Below, one piece after another: positions 1 to 10,376 of a DNA stretch of 64,000 nucleotides (positions within the stretch are counted from its first letter, which is position 1; the number at the start of each line of letters is the position of its first letter). The notes beneath the pieces are model-generated. The model searched no databases, had not been told where the DNA came from, and saw nothing but the letters and a program-made list of their open reading frames with translations. Location of the stretch: the NCBI GenBank assembly GCA_965214835.1, contig CBDCCK010000002.1, positions 736,001 through 800,000 of the forward strand, given 5' to 3'. The translations under genes and the position numbers were made by a program. The stretch comes from Nitrosopumilaceae archaeon. Lineage in GTDB: Archaea; Thermoproteota; Nitrososphaeria; Nitrososphaerales; Nitrosopumilaceae.

Positions 1-931
1 GCTCCAGATGTGCCTCGGGCTCCTCTATGATCAATGTACCGCCGTCGTTGACGTGATTCATTCCGGCAGCAATCGGAAACGTCGCAACAGTTCCAGAACC
101 TGCAGATTCCAGATCGGTGACAAATCCGACCGGATCCTCGTACGTTATTTGAGCTAATCCACTTGGCGTTTTTACGGTATCAATCGAGCCAGGAAATATA
201 CCGGAGAACAGTGCTTGCGTGTCCTGAGCCAATCCGTCGGCGTGGGATGAGAGAATGATATCATAAAACTGTTCCAAATATTCTGAAATACCATGCAAAC
301 GCGTAAAGCTTTGAATGCTTTTAGTCGATGGTTTTGTCGCCTTCATTGGTCTGTCTTCACCAGACATGCCCAACAGGTCACCAAGCAGCCTGTTGCGAAC
401 GCGCATGATGCTGGTAAAAAACTGCATAGTGCCAGTCCTGCCAGCTGGAATATAGATACTTGTGCGCGTGTTTCTGGCCACGTGACGGAAATACAGAACC
501 GACAGAAGAGCTAGTTTCTTGTTTGGTAATCGCCGCTTCCTGTGCAGCGTACGGGACAGAGTCTTTGCTCTGAACTTGATCTCAATGTGGCCTTTGTTTT
601 GGCCGTGCGTTATGGCATCCGGATGCGGTAATCCGGCATTTTGCAGGATGGAATCAATGTAAGCGTTTTCAACATCAGCCGCCTTAGGTTGGACTGTCGG
701 ATACCCGTATCGTTTCAGCTGAAGTTTTGCCGACCGCAGGGACGGTGTTGGTGTAGAGTTGATGGTGTGGATCAATCTTGACACTATAGATTTTCCAGAA
801 TTGTTGGGGCCAAAAAAAACATTGATTTTGTTTTGTCGGACAACTCCGTCTTTTATCGGTCCTATGTTCTTGACCGTCAATTCTTGGAGTTTACGTGGTG
901 GCTTTGAATTGCTCTCACTTGCAGAAAGCAT
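1..931 (-). CDS. AAA/ABC-type ATPase (AAA_15/AAA_21-like, often defence-associated); partial, runs off the left edge
   Basis: Own translation: MLSASES...LTVKNIGPIKDG...KINVFFGPNNSGKS (Walker A) and GTLIIEEPEAHLE (Walker B/D-loop) at the window edge; absent from the ORF track because there is no stop in the window. Confidence 0.8.
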   Translation of the reverse strand, partial: MLSASESNSKPPRKLQELTVKNIGPIKDGVVRQNKINVFFGPNNSGKSIVSRLIHTINSTPTPSLRSAKLQLKRYGYPTVQPKAADVENAYIDSILQNAGLPHPDAITHGQNKGHIEIKFRAKTLSRTLHRKRRLPNKKLALLSVLYFRHVARNTRTSIYIPAGRTGTMQFFTSIMRVRNRLLGDLLGMSGEDRPMKATKPSTKSIQSFTRLHGISEYLEQFYDIILSSHADGLAQDTQALFSGIFPGSIDTVKTPSGLAQITYEDPVGFVTDLESAGSGTVATFPIAAGMNHVNDGGTLIIEEPEAHLE

Positions 932-981
932 CACATGACCTACGAGCAAGATATCTATAATCTTTATTAGGATGGGTTCTA

Positions 982-2222
982 GACCTTATGCGTAATCGAC
1001 CGGATTGAAACATTCCGACGGCGGGCCGATCATGCATGCCAAGCCGGCAGACGCCGCGGTGTCCAACATATTTGATCAAATCCGCAACTATTTTCAGGCG
1101 ATTGGTTTAGATCCGGGATCCATTCCCGCAGTAGCGGCATGGCAGAATCCGAGGCCCAACTAGCACGACGGCTGAAAAGTGATCTCAGGCAGTGCAGAAA
1201 GGAGATTACACAGTACGAGAAAAGACACGAGAAGGATCAGAAGAAGATAGAGCAGCTGAGCCGGCAGACGGACACCGAACGCAGGATGTGGCCGGCCTCC
1301 GGAAACGATGACAGGCGTACAACGGAGAACGCCGCGTTCTTTCACAGTCGCGAGGTACTCGAGGACATAATCGGCGGTAAGCTGCTGCGTGCCACGACAT
1401 CTATGGACCGCACCCAGTTTGATTACATATCCGACCGTAGTGCGCACAGTTAAAATGAGATATTTTCTTATTAAAATAGGCACGATATGCCAAAATTATG
1501 TTGCAGTTTTTGATGCCACGGCAACTATTCGACAGTCAGAATTTCCGAGGAACACGATATGCCAAAATTATGTTGCAGTTTTTGATGCGTGTACTACGGT
1601 TCACAAGGCAGGCCCGGAAGCACACACGACATCAGCATGGTAAAGGACAATCCACCCCCTGACATGGGACTGCTGTCGGCTAGGATGCGCAGCAACAGAA
1701 GGCATACCAGAGGCGAGAAGGTAAAGATGTTAGCGAACCTGGGATGTCTTGGAATCAAGAAAATATATCCGGGCGTAATACTCAGGCAGCCCCACAAAAA
1801 GCCAAAGGGGGGCAAGCTTGGGAGCAGCACGCGCAGAACAGGAGGATAAGCGGCAAGAGGGTGACAGTCGAGCACGCCATAGGGCGCATCAAGCAGTACA
1901 GGCTGGTGTGCATCCCGTATGACGGGACTGCCGGCGAGTTTGACCGGGAGTTGGAGGTGATCACCGGGCTTGTCAACTTTAAGTTGCTGTGGGACAGGCG
2001 GCGCAAGAAGCTCAGGCTTGGATTCTGATACCACGATACGGAGTGCATTGCGGTGCCACGCGGTGCCGCACGACACTGCAGTTTTTGTCAGACATGTGGG
2101 TCCGTAACTGCGCGGTATGCGGCCTTTGCCGCCCTTGCATACGTCGCCTGATGCTGTCGGCCCTGCATGCATGATCGGCTTTCAAACATAATATTTCGAT
2201 CAGGTCGATTACACATAAGGTC
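982..2222 (+). mobile_element. Decayed IS5-family (ISL2/PIF-Harbinger-like, DDE_Tnp_4) element with an internal deletion and a nested insertion
   Basis: TIRs GACCTTATGCGTAATCGACC / GGTCGATTACACATAAGGTC flanked by TA; ORF fragments 1139-1453, 1589-1849 and 1744-2028 are homologous to the intact transposase at 15077-16423. Confidence 0.85.
1438..1596. repeat. 159-bp AT-rich insertion (MITE-like) with two identical 36-bp direct repeats
   Basis: CACGATATGCCAAAATTATGTTGCAGTTTTTGATGC at 1481-1516 and 1553-1588; imperfect ends TAGTGCGC/GTGTACTA; CG duplicated on both sides relative to the intact IS copy. Confidence 0.7.
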
Positions 2223-2345
2223 TAATGCAAGGAACGCGTATAGTGGCGATTAAAGTTCTTGAGCACATGCGGGCATGAACTATGCATGGAGAGGCCCTTT
2301 GATGATCAAAGACATTCAACTGCCACCATAGGATCGGTCAACGAC

Positions 2346-3008
2346 TCAGCCTGTCACGGATAGTGGCAGAACATGCCTTGCAAGTCCGTCACGCCTGGAG
2401 ATGAACTTGGCAGAAAGCATGTCTCGCCTTCCCCTCTGGTTGTGGCTCTTGATTTTCATGGTGGTTCGCCTCTCATCAACAAGGTGAAGCTCAAATGCAG
2501 AGCAGTACCTAAGATTGAGCATGGCGCCTATCTCCCTGGCAATCCTCATCTTGCCGTTTCCAACCTTGACTATCTTCCTCTCAGCCCTCAAGCCGCCTAG
2601 TACCTCAATCATGTGAATCACAAGCTGCTCTACTGACGAGAAGACGGAGCTCTCAATTTCACGGCCATAGTATGACACGGACAGCCCGATGTGCTTTCCC
2701 GGGTCGACGCCGAGAACCAGGTTTGGATCCTCGAATCGGTTGTCAAGAATCCGGACAAGCAGTCCCCGGGTGACGGTCGGATGTTGATCAAAGACCTCCT
2801 CACGGATCAGGTGCGCGCTGCAGTCCTGGGGAGACTCCTCCATCGTCGTAAAGACTACGTTTCCGGCATAGCGAGGAATCTCTTGGGGCACTAGGGAGTC
2901 AAAGCGAAGGCCAAGCTGGCTTAGTGCCCTTGAGAACTTAAAGTAGGGCCTCCCATACGCGGTGGCAACTCCGATGCGGATAAGAGAGAGAGGATCCATG
3001 GCTTGCAA
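2346..3008 (-). CDS. Conserved hypothetical protein with an RNase H-like motif (VLGVDPG)
   Basis: 220-aa ORF; GVDPGKHIG and VDERRTT resemble YqgF/RNase H-fold motifs. Confidence 0.6.
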   Translation of the reverse strand: MQAMDPLSLIRIGVATAYGRPYFKFSRALSQLGLRFDSLVPQEIPRYAGNVVFTTMEESPQDCSAHLIREEVFDQHPTVTRGLLVRILDNRFEDPNLVLGVDPGKHIGLSVSYYGREIESSVFSSVEQLVIHMIEVLGGLRAERKIVKVGNGKMRIAREIGAMLNLRYCSAFELHLVDERRTTMKIKSHNQRGRRDMLSAKFISRRDGLARHVLPLSVTG

Positions 3009-3029
3009 GTCACAAGATGTGTTAAAGGT

Positions 3030-3362
3030 CTATGCCTTCAGGACTGTTGACACGACAGTGGCAACTGCCTCGTCAAAACTCGCATCGATTTTAGACTGGG
3101 TCTCGGACAGCCGCGATTGGCCTGCCTGGGCAATCTGTGACGCCTCGGACTCGGCCCTAGATTTTGCTGCGTTGATGATGGATTCGGCTTCCCGGGTCGC
3201 CATATCCCGGGTTTTTTGCCTAAGGGCGGCCAGTTCTGACTGGGTGGCAGAACTGATGGATTTTTGCACCTCAGACACCCTTGCGTTCAAGGAGTCAATG
3301 TCTTCCTCCAGGGACGACAGTGCCTTTACAATGCCTGTAACCTTTGATTCTGCTACGCTCAT
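3030..3362 (-). CDS. Coiled-coil protein, A/V-type ATPase subunit H/G-like
   Basis: 110-aa helical Ala/Glu/Lys-rich ORF (EAESIINAAKSRAESEA). Confidence 0.5.
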   Translation of the reverse strand: MSVAESKVTGIVKALSSLEEDIDSLNARVSEVQKSISSATQSELAALRQKTRDMATREAESIINAAKSRAESEASQIAQAGQSRLSETQSKIDASFDEAVATVVSTVLKA

Positions 3363-3412
3363 CTAGTCAAAATCCTCCCATCCCAATAATTAAACCTTCA
3401 ATCGGTCTTCAG

Positions 3413-3494
3413 GTGAGTTTACCCCTCCCCTGAGATACGGCGTGATCATGAAGGCTCCGGCCAGCAGTGTTGCCCAAGGGGTAAACTCTCTTAC
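3413..3494. mobile_element. 82-bp MITE related to the IS66-like element
   Basis: Ends GTGAGTTTACCCC / GGGGTAAACTCTCTTAC match the TIR of 11948-13570; perfect 8-bp TSD GTCTTCAG (3405-3412, 3495-3502). Confidence 0.85.
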
Positions 3495-3832
3495 GTCTTC
3501 AGACTCATGATCGCCTGGGCCAGATCTCCCTTTGACTCTGTCAGTGCCTCGATTGCCCTCTCCTTGTCGACGTTTGCCTGAAGACACACCAGCTCGATGT
3601 CGTCGTTGCGAAATATAGGCACCTCAAGCTCCCTTTCCTCGTAGCTTTCAGCGGCAACTGTAAAAATTGTACTGTCTTGCGCCTTCATTTCGGTAACGGA
3701 GGGATTTGAGATTATGATCTCCTTTTTGTCAGTCTTTATGATGACCTCCTGGACGTTCGGGAGCTCTTGCAGGTCAAGGCCCATCTTGTCCATCATTCTT
3801 CGCATTTGACGGTTGCCACCACCACGCATCAT
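3491..3832 (-). CDS. nac: Nascent polypeptide-associated complex protein
   Basis: RQMRRMMDKMG N-terminus, VQEVIIK, UBA-like C-terminus (ALTESKGDLAQAIMSL). Confidence 0.9.
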   Translation of the reverse strand: MMRGGGNRQMRRMMDKMGLDLQELPNVQEVIIKTDKKEIIISNPSVTEMKAQDSTIFTVAAESYEERELEVPIFRNDDIELVCLQANVDKERAIEALTESKGDLAQAIMSLKT

Positions 3833-4353
3833 ACTACTTTCTTACCCCCTATCTGACTTTTTAAACTATCCCTGACCCTCACTGCCACGCCCCTGTCAAA
3901 ATCACCCATCATCTCGGCAGACAGAACCGCCCTGCCCACGGCAATCACCCTGCCCCCGTACAAAACGGGAGTGTCGGCTGAAATTCTGACATTTTTGCCG
4001 CACCAGGTCACGTGCTTTGCAAAAACGGAGTATCCGTCCTCAACGAAGGGCCGGGCGTCCTTTGTGATCTCCACACAGTTGTCCCGGAACCTTTTGCTCT
4101 TGAGAAGCATCTGCGCAAGTTTTGGCGTGATTGCCAGGCCGCCGTCGATTCTCAAGGTGCAAAGCAGATCGCCCTTGTGAAACACGCTTTTGATTCGGCC
4201 GGTCTTTCTTGAAAACGTAAGCTCGATGTCCCTTGGCAGCTGTCTTGCTATGCCGTTTCCAAACAGCGCATCAATCGTCTGCCTGAGTTTTTCGACCGGC
4301 TCCAATGGTTTCTGCAGTTCTTCTTTACATATTAGTCCAGTGCAAAGTGGCAA
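3829..4353 (-). CDS. PUA-domain RNA-binding protein (archaeosine TGT C-terminal-like)
   Basis: SRKTGRIK, TLRIDGG, GYSVFAKHV, AVGRAVLS..M..FDRGVAVRVR; true start uncertain. Confidence 0.8.
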   Translation of the reverse strand: MPLCTGLICKEELQKPLEPVEKLRQTIDALFGNGIARQLPRDIELTFSRKTGRIKSVFHKGDLLCTLRIDGGLAITPKLAQMLLKSKRFRDNCVEITKDARPFVEDGYSVFAKHVTWCGKNVRISADTPVLYGGRVIAVGRAVLSAEMMGDFDRGVAVRVRDSLKSQIGGKKVV

Positions 4354-4391
4354 GGATCAATCTATATAGATCATTTCGAGTTCTATAGGAT

Positions 4392-5438
4392 GTGGAAGAA
4401 AGGGAAGAGACAAGAAAAATTCAATTTACCGGCAAGTCATCATACATAGTTTCCTTGCCTAAACAGTGGGTTATGGATTTGGGCCTAAAGCAGGGAGACC
4501 AGATCAGAATGCAGCGGCAGGGCTCTGCGGGGCTGCAGGTATACCCCGTCAAGCACCAGGCCGCGCCGAGGCAAAAGGAGGATGCCACCATTGAGATCGG
4601 GGCAGACGAGGAGACATCGACTGTCATCCGAAAGTTAATCTCGCTTTACTTTCTGGGATTCAAAACAGTCAACGTAAAGCCAAGGGGGGGAAGGCTCGGC
4701 CCCCAGCAAAGGACGGCCGTAAAAAACGCAGTCAAGAGGATGCTCATGGGATCTGAGATCATCGCAGACTCTACCGGCGGGATCACGATCCAGGTCCTGG
4801 TAAACCTCATGGAGCTCTCAATTGACGGCGCATTCAAGAGAATGATTCACCTGGCAAAGTCAATGCTGAGTGACGCCATTTTGGCAGTAAGGGAGGAAAA
4901 CATGGACTTGGCAGAGGAGGTCATCAACACGGATGACGAGGTAGACAGGTTTGGATTCTACATCATCAGGCAGATCAAGATTGCCATCCAAAACGAGCAC
5001 ATGCTAGAGGAGATGGGCCTGGATAGCGCCAGAAACTGCCTGGGATACAGGATTGTGGTAAAAAACATCGAAAGGACCGGAGACCATGCCGCCTTTATTG
5101 CAAGGGACGTGCTGGAGTTCAAAAAGGGCATCAACAATAAGATTCTTGACAGGATTCAGGACATGAACGACTTTGCCATAGGGGTCCTAGACGAGGCATG
5201 CCTGGCCCTGTTCAAGGGGGACTATATCCAGGCAGAGAAAACCATCACTAGGACACAGGACATCTCAAGGTTTGAAGGGAGGATTCTGGATGCGTCCAAG
5301 AACCTCAGGGACGAGGAGGCCCTGTTCAGGGTCAAGAGAATGACTGAAAACATCAAGAGAATCGCAGAATACGCAAGCGATATCGCAGAAATTGTACTCA
5401 ATATCAACATCGAAAAGGCGCTGCTAAAGAAACCCTAA
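4392..5438 (+). CDS. phoU: Archaeal phosphate uptake regulator (AbrB-type N-terminus plus PhoU domains)
   Basis: RKIQFTGKSSYIVSLPKQW; DDEVDRF; NIERTGDHA. Confidence 0.85.
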   Translation: MEEREETRKIQFTGKSSYIVSLPKQWVMDLGLKQGDQIRMQRQGSAGLQVYPVKHQAAPRQKEDATIEIGADEETSTVIRKLISLYFLGFKTVNVKPRGGRLGPQQRTAVKNAVKRMLMGSEIIADSTGGITIQVLVNLMELSIDGAFKRMIHLAKSMLSDAILAVREENMDLAEEVINTDDEVDRFGFYIIRQIKIAIQNEHMLEEMGLDSARNCLGYRIVVKNIERTGDHAAFIARDVLEFKKGINNKILDRIQDMNDFAIGVLDEACLALFKGDYIQAEKTITRTQDISRFEGRILDASKNLRDEEALFRVKRMTENIKRIAEYASDIAEIVLNINIEKALLKKP

Positions 5439-5463
5439 TCTTTGCCCCCTCCAGAGTCAACTC

Positions 5464-6072
5464 ATGACAATAATGGACGCGGGAGGCCTTCCGGACTGGG
5501 ACGCGTACTATAGGGAAAACGAGGTGCAGGCCATGCCTTGGTTTTCAGCAGAGCTTGACCCGGACGTCAGTGGGGCACTGGAGGGCCTGGGCGTCAGTGA
5601 GGGGGATCTTCTTGACCTGGGCTCAGGCCCGGGCACGCAGGCAGTAGAGCTTGCAAGGATGGGATTCAATGTGACGGGCTCGGATGTATCAGAGGCCGCC
5701 ATGAGAAAGGCCGCAGGGCTCGGGGATGCAAGCTTTGTAGTGGATGACATCCTAGATACAGGGCTTCCAGAGGACGGATTTGACCTGGTTTTGGACAGGG
5801 GGTGCTTTCATGTCTTTGGCCCAGACAGGCACGCAGGCTATCTGAACGGCGTAAAAAAAATCCTAAGGCAGGACGGGATTTTGCTCCTAAAGTGCATGAG
5901 CAAAAAGGAGACAAGCCTGCCCGAGGATCGGGGCCCCTACAGGTATGATGAGGAGGAGATCAGGAGGATCTTCTCAGGCTACTTTGACATACAGGATGCA
6001 AGGGATACGGTCTACTACTGTACAGTCGACCCCCTCCCGAGGGCGCTGTTTTTTGTAATGAGAAAAAGATAG
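5464..6072 (+). CDS. Class I SAM-dependent methyltransferase
   Basis: LLDLGSGPG; FDLVLDRGCFH. Confidence 0.85.
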   Translation: MTIMDAGGLPDWDAYYRENEVQAMPWFSAELDPDVSGALEGLGVSEGDLLDLGSGPGTQAVELARMGFNVTGSDVSEAAMRKAAGLGDASFVVDDILDTGLPEDGFDLVLDRGCFHVFGPDRHAGYLNGVKKILRQDGILLLKCMSKKETSLPEDRGPYRYDEEEIRRIFSGYFDIQDARDTVYYCTVDPLPRALFFVMRKR

Positions 6073-6075
6073 AAG

Positions 6076-7200
6076 ATGAAGTCGTCCATTCTTATAACAT
6101 ATGACAACGAGGATGCCATAAACGAGGCGGCCGCACTGTGCGATGCGGCAGGATACAGGGTAGACCACATCATGAGGCAGGATCATCTTCTCAGGCCAAA
6201 GTACGGAATCAGCGAGGCGGTAATGGAGAGGCTCGAGCAGGCGGCACAGAAAATCAGTCCGGACGTAATAGTGTATGACGAGATTCTCAGGCCCAGCCAG
6301 AACTACAACCTGGCATCAAAGCTGCACAGGAACATCCTGGACCGGGAGTCGCTGATTTTGGAGATTTTTGAGAGCAGGGCATCGAGTGCGGAATCAAAGC
6401 TGCAGGTGAGGCTGGCACAGATGAGATACGAGATGGGCCGTGCAAAGGAAAAGGTCAGGCTGGCAAGGATGGGCGAGCAGCCGGGGTTCATGGGGATAGG
6501 AAAGTTCGAGGTTGACGCGTATCACGACGACATCAGGCACAGGATGCAGTCTGTCAAGAAAAAACTGGCAAAGGCAGGAAAGCAGAGGGAGCTTCACAGG
6601 GAGGGGAGGAAGAGGCAGGGATTCAAGACGATATCGCTTGCAGGGTACACGTCTGCAGGAAAGACTACGCTGTTCAACGCACTTACCGGAGAGCAGAAGG
6701 AGGAGGGTGCGGAGCTGTTCACCACGCTGTCCACGACGATACGAAGACTGGAGATCGGAGGTAATGCGTTTTTGGTCTCAGATACGGTGGGCTTTATCAG
6801 CAAGCTTCCCGCATACATGATTGACGCGTTCAGATCGACCCTGGAGGAGCTGCTTTACTCGGACGTTGTAATCGTGGTAATCGATGTAAGCGACACCGTT
6901 ACCCGCCTGAGGGAGAAGTTCCGCAGCTGTAAGAGGACGATAAGTGACCTAGGGGTGGATGGGGGCCGGATAATCCTTGCGCTAAACAAGTCGGATCTGA
7001 CAGACCCGGAGGACATCAGGGACAAGATCGGGGAGCTGGGACTGGACGGGGCAAAAAAATGCATTGCAGTCTCAGCTGAGACCGGGGACAATCTGGAGGA
7101 GCTAAAAACGCTGGTCAGGGATGTGATTCTCACGCAGGATCCCGGTTCCGAAAAGCCGGACGGAAAATCATCCGAGTCAGGGGACGCCTATGGAAATTGA
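6076..7200 (+). CDS. hflX: GTPase HflX
   Basis: [34 protein letters not shown]. Confidence 0.95.
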   Translation: MKSSILITYDNEDAINEAAALCDAAGYRVDHIMRQDHLLRPKYGISEAVMERLEQAAQKISPDVIVYDEILRPSQNYNLASKLHRNILDRESLILEIFESRASSAESKLQVRLAQMRYEMGRAKEKVRLARMGEQPGFMGIGKFEVDAYHDDIRHRMQSVKKKLAKAGKQRELHREGRKRQGFKTISLAGYTSAGKTTLFNALTGEQKEEGAELFTTLSTTIRRLEIGGNAFLVSDTVGFISKLPAYMIDAFRSTLEELLYSDVVIVVIDVSDTVTRLREKFRSCKRTISDLGVDGGRIILALNKSDLTDPEDIRDKIGELGLDGAKKCIAVSAETGDNLEELKTLVRDVILTQDPGSEKPDGKSSESGDAYGN

Positions 7201-7747
7201 GGTCTTGAGGATAGGGCAGAGGGTGGTCCGGGACGACAGGGTGACCACGCATGTTGCGCTGGTAGCCAGGGCATTTGGCGCATCGCGCATCTACATGAAT
7301 GAGGTCAATCCGGAGATCAAGGACACCATCAAAAAAATCAACGAGACATGGGGGGGTGGCTTTGAGATAATCATGATAAACAGCTGGAGGAGGACCCTCA
7401 AGGAAAAACTCGGGGAGGGATTCATTGCGGTACACCTGACAATGTACGGGGAGCCGGTACACAAGATGGGCAGGAAGATTTCAGTGGAGGACAAAATCCT
7501 AGTCGTCGTAGGTGCAAAAAAGACTCCAAGGGAGGTCTATGAGCTATCAAGATATAACGTCGCAGTTGCAAGCCAGCCCCACTCTGAGATCGGCGCGCTG
7601 GCAGTACTGCTTGACAGGATCCAGGACGGCAGGCAGTTTGAAAAGAGGTTCGGCGGTGCAAAAAGGATTATTGTGCCCACAAACCGCGGCAAAAACGTCA
7701 GGGTAGACCAGTCTTCCCAGAATGCCCCACAGGGCGGCCAAGATTGA
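7190..7747 (+). CDS. trm56: tRNA (cytidine(56)-2'-O)-methyltransferase
   Basis: [30 protein letters not shown]. Confidence 0.93.
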   Translation: MEIEVLRIGQRVVRDDRVTTHVALVARAFGASRIYMNEVNPEIKDTIKKINETWGGGFEIIMINSWRRTLKEKLGEGFIAVHLTMYGEPVHKMGRKISVEDKILVVVGAKKTPREVYELSRYNVAVASQPHSEIGALAVLLDRIQDGRQFEKRFGGAKRIIVPTNRGKNVRVDQSSQNAPQGGQD

Positions 7748-7888
7748 CACAATTCGGATTGGGCGGCCTGCAGATCCGCACGCCGCTGCCTGCAGCCACG
7801 AGTCAGGCACGTGTGGGAGGGGGGGATGTATGATTTTGGCTATCATGCACCCTGCCGTTTAGGGCGAGGTGGCCTAGTACGCCGAAAG

Positions 7889-7979
7889 GTAAGAGCTTGC
7901 CCCATATGCGGCACTGCCAGCCAAGGCCTTGATCACCATTCCACCACGCCGTGTATTCGGGGGGACAGACCCCCATCAC
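7889..7979. mobile_element. Degenerate IS66-derived MITE
   Basis: Starts GTAAGAGCTTGCCCC; internal GCGGCACTG..GATCACCAT..CCACGCCG shared with the copies at 3413 and 54325; right end eroded. Confidence 0.6.
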
Positions 7980-8027
7980 TACAAGTGAAAAAAGGGATTA
8001 ATACAGGATGCGGGAAAGGGAGGACAG

Positions 8028-8543
8028 TTGGTTGACAAGTACGAGGATCCCTTTGTGAGGATCTCTGCCATGATTGGGGGCGACGAGTATCTCAAGGTTG
8101 CAAGATCACTGCTAAAGGCGGAGGATGCCACAGACGAGGAGATTGCAAGCTCCACCGGCCTTAGGATCAACATGGTAAGAAAGGTCCTCTACGACCTCTT
8201 TGGCAAGTCGCTGATTACCGGAATCAGGGTAAAAGACGAGCGAAAGGGGTGGTTCGTCTACAGGTGGAGGACCAGGAGGGAGGAGGTCGAGAACTTTATC
8301 GAAAACCAGAAGAAAAAGATCACAGAGAGGCTCCAACAGAGGCTGGACTACGAGGAGTCCTCGGAGTTTTATCACTGCGGGAACGAGGACTGCGCAAGGG
8401 TGACGTTTGAGGCTGCACTGGAGGACATGTTCAAGTGTACCTCGTGCGGAAAGATTCTGAACCTCAAAAAGAATGAAAGGTCCAAAAAGGCGTACCGCAA
8501 AAAGATCGACGAGATCAAAAAGGATATGCAGCAGATATTCTAG
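8028..8543 (+). CDS. tfe: Transcription factor E (TFIIE alpha)
   Basis: TDEEIA..TGLRIN.VRKVLYDL, GWFVYRW, C-terminal Zn ribbon. Confidence 0.92.
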   Translation: MVDKYEDPFVRISAMIGGDEYLKVARSLLKAEDATDEEIASSTGLRINMVRKVLYDLFGKSLITGIRVKDERKGWFVYRWRTRREEVENFIENQKKKITERLQQRLDYEESSEFYHCGNEDCARVTFEAALEDMFKCTSCGKILNLKKNERSKKAYRKKIDEIKKDMQQIF

Positions 8544-8610
8544 CTCTGGGCAAAGGCTGTTTTGCGACTATAATCCCATGCAACAAGCGGCGCAATGGAT
8601 CATATTATTA

Positions 8611-8688
8611 GACTTTATGCGTAATCGACCTGAATGAGATGAATTTATTCCTAATAATCCTGGATCTGAACCGATTACGCATAAAGTC
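8611..8688. mobile_element. 78-bp MITE of the IS5-like family
   Basis: 17-bp TIR GACTTTATGCGTAATCG / CGATTACGCATAAAGTC, TA on both sides, nearly identical to the TIRs of the IS5-like elements. Confidence 0.85.
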
Positions 8689-8715
8689 TAATAAAGCCAA
8701 AGTCTAAAACAAGCC

Positions 8716-9453
8716 ATGACTTCGTTCAAGATGGCTGCAATCAAGGTTCTGAGAAAGTCAAAGGAGCCGCTTCACTATCAAGAAATCACCAAGATGGCAA
8801 TTGATCAAAACCTCATTGAAACATCTGGCGCGACACCCGAGGCCACAATGAATGCCCAGATTGCAGTGGACATAAAGTACAAGAAGGACAGGTCAGCATT
8901 CATTAAAACCAGGCCCGGAATATTCAAACTAAACCCAAAATACACACACGAAGAACAGATGCAGGAAGAAAAGACGGAAATTTTAGATGCTGGAGAAAGA
9001 GAGGCCGAAACAAAACATTCCCAATTTATTGGAAAAGCTGGGGAGCATCTTGTTGTCAGCAAGCTACTCTTCCAAGAGTTTAATGCAAACATCATGAGTG
9101 TTGATGAGGGGATAGACGTCGTAGCCACAAAGGGTGACCGTGTATACAACATTCAAGTAAAGACTGCAAATGAAAAACATGGAAAATACATCACAGACAT
9201 AAGCATCAGCTCGTATCAGAAACACAATAACTCCAATACATTCTACATATTTGTGCTCAGAGGAAAAGAGGAAAAATTTATGATTCTCCCATTTAATGAA
9301 ATTCAAAAAAACATCGACCAGAAAAACATCCTGGTGGTCAACCGTGGAAAAAGATACAGGGTCAATTTTAGGCTAAAAGGCGGCAAAATCTACATCGGGA
9401 ACCTAGATAACGACGCCACGTATTTTGAAAACAACTGGGAGTCAATTAGGTAG
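8716..9453 (+). CDS. HARE-HTH (HB1/ASXL) plus PD-(D/E)XK restriction endonuclease-like protein
   Basis: AAIKVL...PLHYQEIT...TSGATPEATMNAQI N-terminal domain; GKAGEHLV...GIDVVA...IQVKT nuclease motif. Confidence 0.8.
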   Translation: MTSFKMAAIKVLRKSKEPLHYQEITKMAIDQNLIETSGATPEATMNAQIAVDIKYKKDRSAFIKTRPGIFKLNPKYTHEEQMQEEKTEILDAGEREAETKHSQFIGKAGEHLVVSKLLFQEFNANIMSVDEGIDVVATKGDRVYNIQVKTANEKHGKYITDISISSYQKHNNSNTFYIFVLRGKEEKFMILPFNEIQKNIDQKNILVVNRGKRYRVNFRLKGGKIYIGNLDNDATYFENNWESIR

Positions 9454-9520
9454 CTTGTCCTATCCTTTCAGTGTATCTCCAAGGGTATTGCCCGACCCGT
9501 CTGAGGATGGTCCGAAGCAA

Positions 9521-10072
9521 TCAGCGCCCTGAGGCGTGCTTTGCCAGACTGTCTGCCAGCTCCTCGTAATGCCGGCGGGTCTTGCCAATCTCCCCGAGCT
9601 TGGCATCCTCGATCTCATGAAGCTCCCGGTCTACCTGCGATGCGACATGCTGCAGCCGGGCCTCGGCCATCATGAACAGCCGGTTGTTCTCCTTCCACAG
9701 GTGCTCTGTAACGTGCTGGATGTACCGGTCCATTACGGCAATCAGGCCTGTAGCATCGCCGGAATCCAGGTACCGCCTTGCGGCATCTGCCATCTCCCCC
9801 GCAATCTCCCTCTGGCGCTCATGATCCATCAGCATCATTGCAATCGGCCCCATGTTCCTGGGCATCCCGGCCTTTTCCAGCGACGGAAACAGCGATCCCT
9901 CCTCCTTGCCGTGATGGCACACGTCCGTAAAGTTGGTTGAAAAGTCAATCACCTGTGCCAGTATCGGCTCTGGAATCTGTCTTCCATCACGCAGCATCTG
10001 AGCGGTGGACTCCATGGCCCTGAGTACCTTGTCTATCAGATCATGATCCCTTCTCAGCGATGCAGTCGACAT
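9521..10072 (-). CDS. Hemerythrin-like (HHE) cation-binding protein
   Basis: CHHGKEEGSLFP, DHERQR, HLWKENNRLF. Confidence 0.88.
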   Translation of the reverse strand: MSTASLRRDHDLIDKVLRAMESTAQMLRDGRQIPEPILAQVIDFSTNFTDVCHHGKEEGSLFPSLEKAGMPRNMGPIAMMLMDHERQREIAGEMADAARRYLDSGDATGLIAVMDRYIQHVTEHLWKENNRLFMMAEARLQHVASQVDRELHEIEDAKLGEIGKTRRHYEELADSLAKHASGR

Positions 10073-10376
10073 GAGTCAAGTTCCCCGGGTGCTTGGTATA
10101 TGTGATTCGCCTGTACCAACTAAGTGAAATGTGAGTGGAAATTGTTTTTGCCTTGCTGGTGGACATAACTTGAGGCGTCGTCTTCCTACTCACCGTCTGT
10201 TTTTACTTGGTTTTTTGGCACATTTCACTTGGCTAATAACGGCTCATACTCCTACAGCGTTCCAGATCCACGGTTGCATTCAGCAGTTACCTGCCGGTCT
10301 AATTCCACTAGGGCTACTTAGATGACCTTCTGTGTAACAGAGTCCAGTATTTTCTGATAAAACTGTTCTGACGCAG

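Noticed and set aside
1481-1588. CRISPR array
   Set aside because: Only two repeats, no typical repeat terminus, no cas genes, nested in an IS remnant; kept only as a low-level finding
7760-7980. SRP or RNase P RNA in a GC-rich intergenic region
   Set aside because: No SRP helix-8 or RNase P P4 signature seen; half is explained by a MITE
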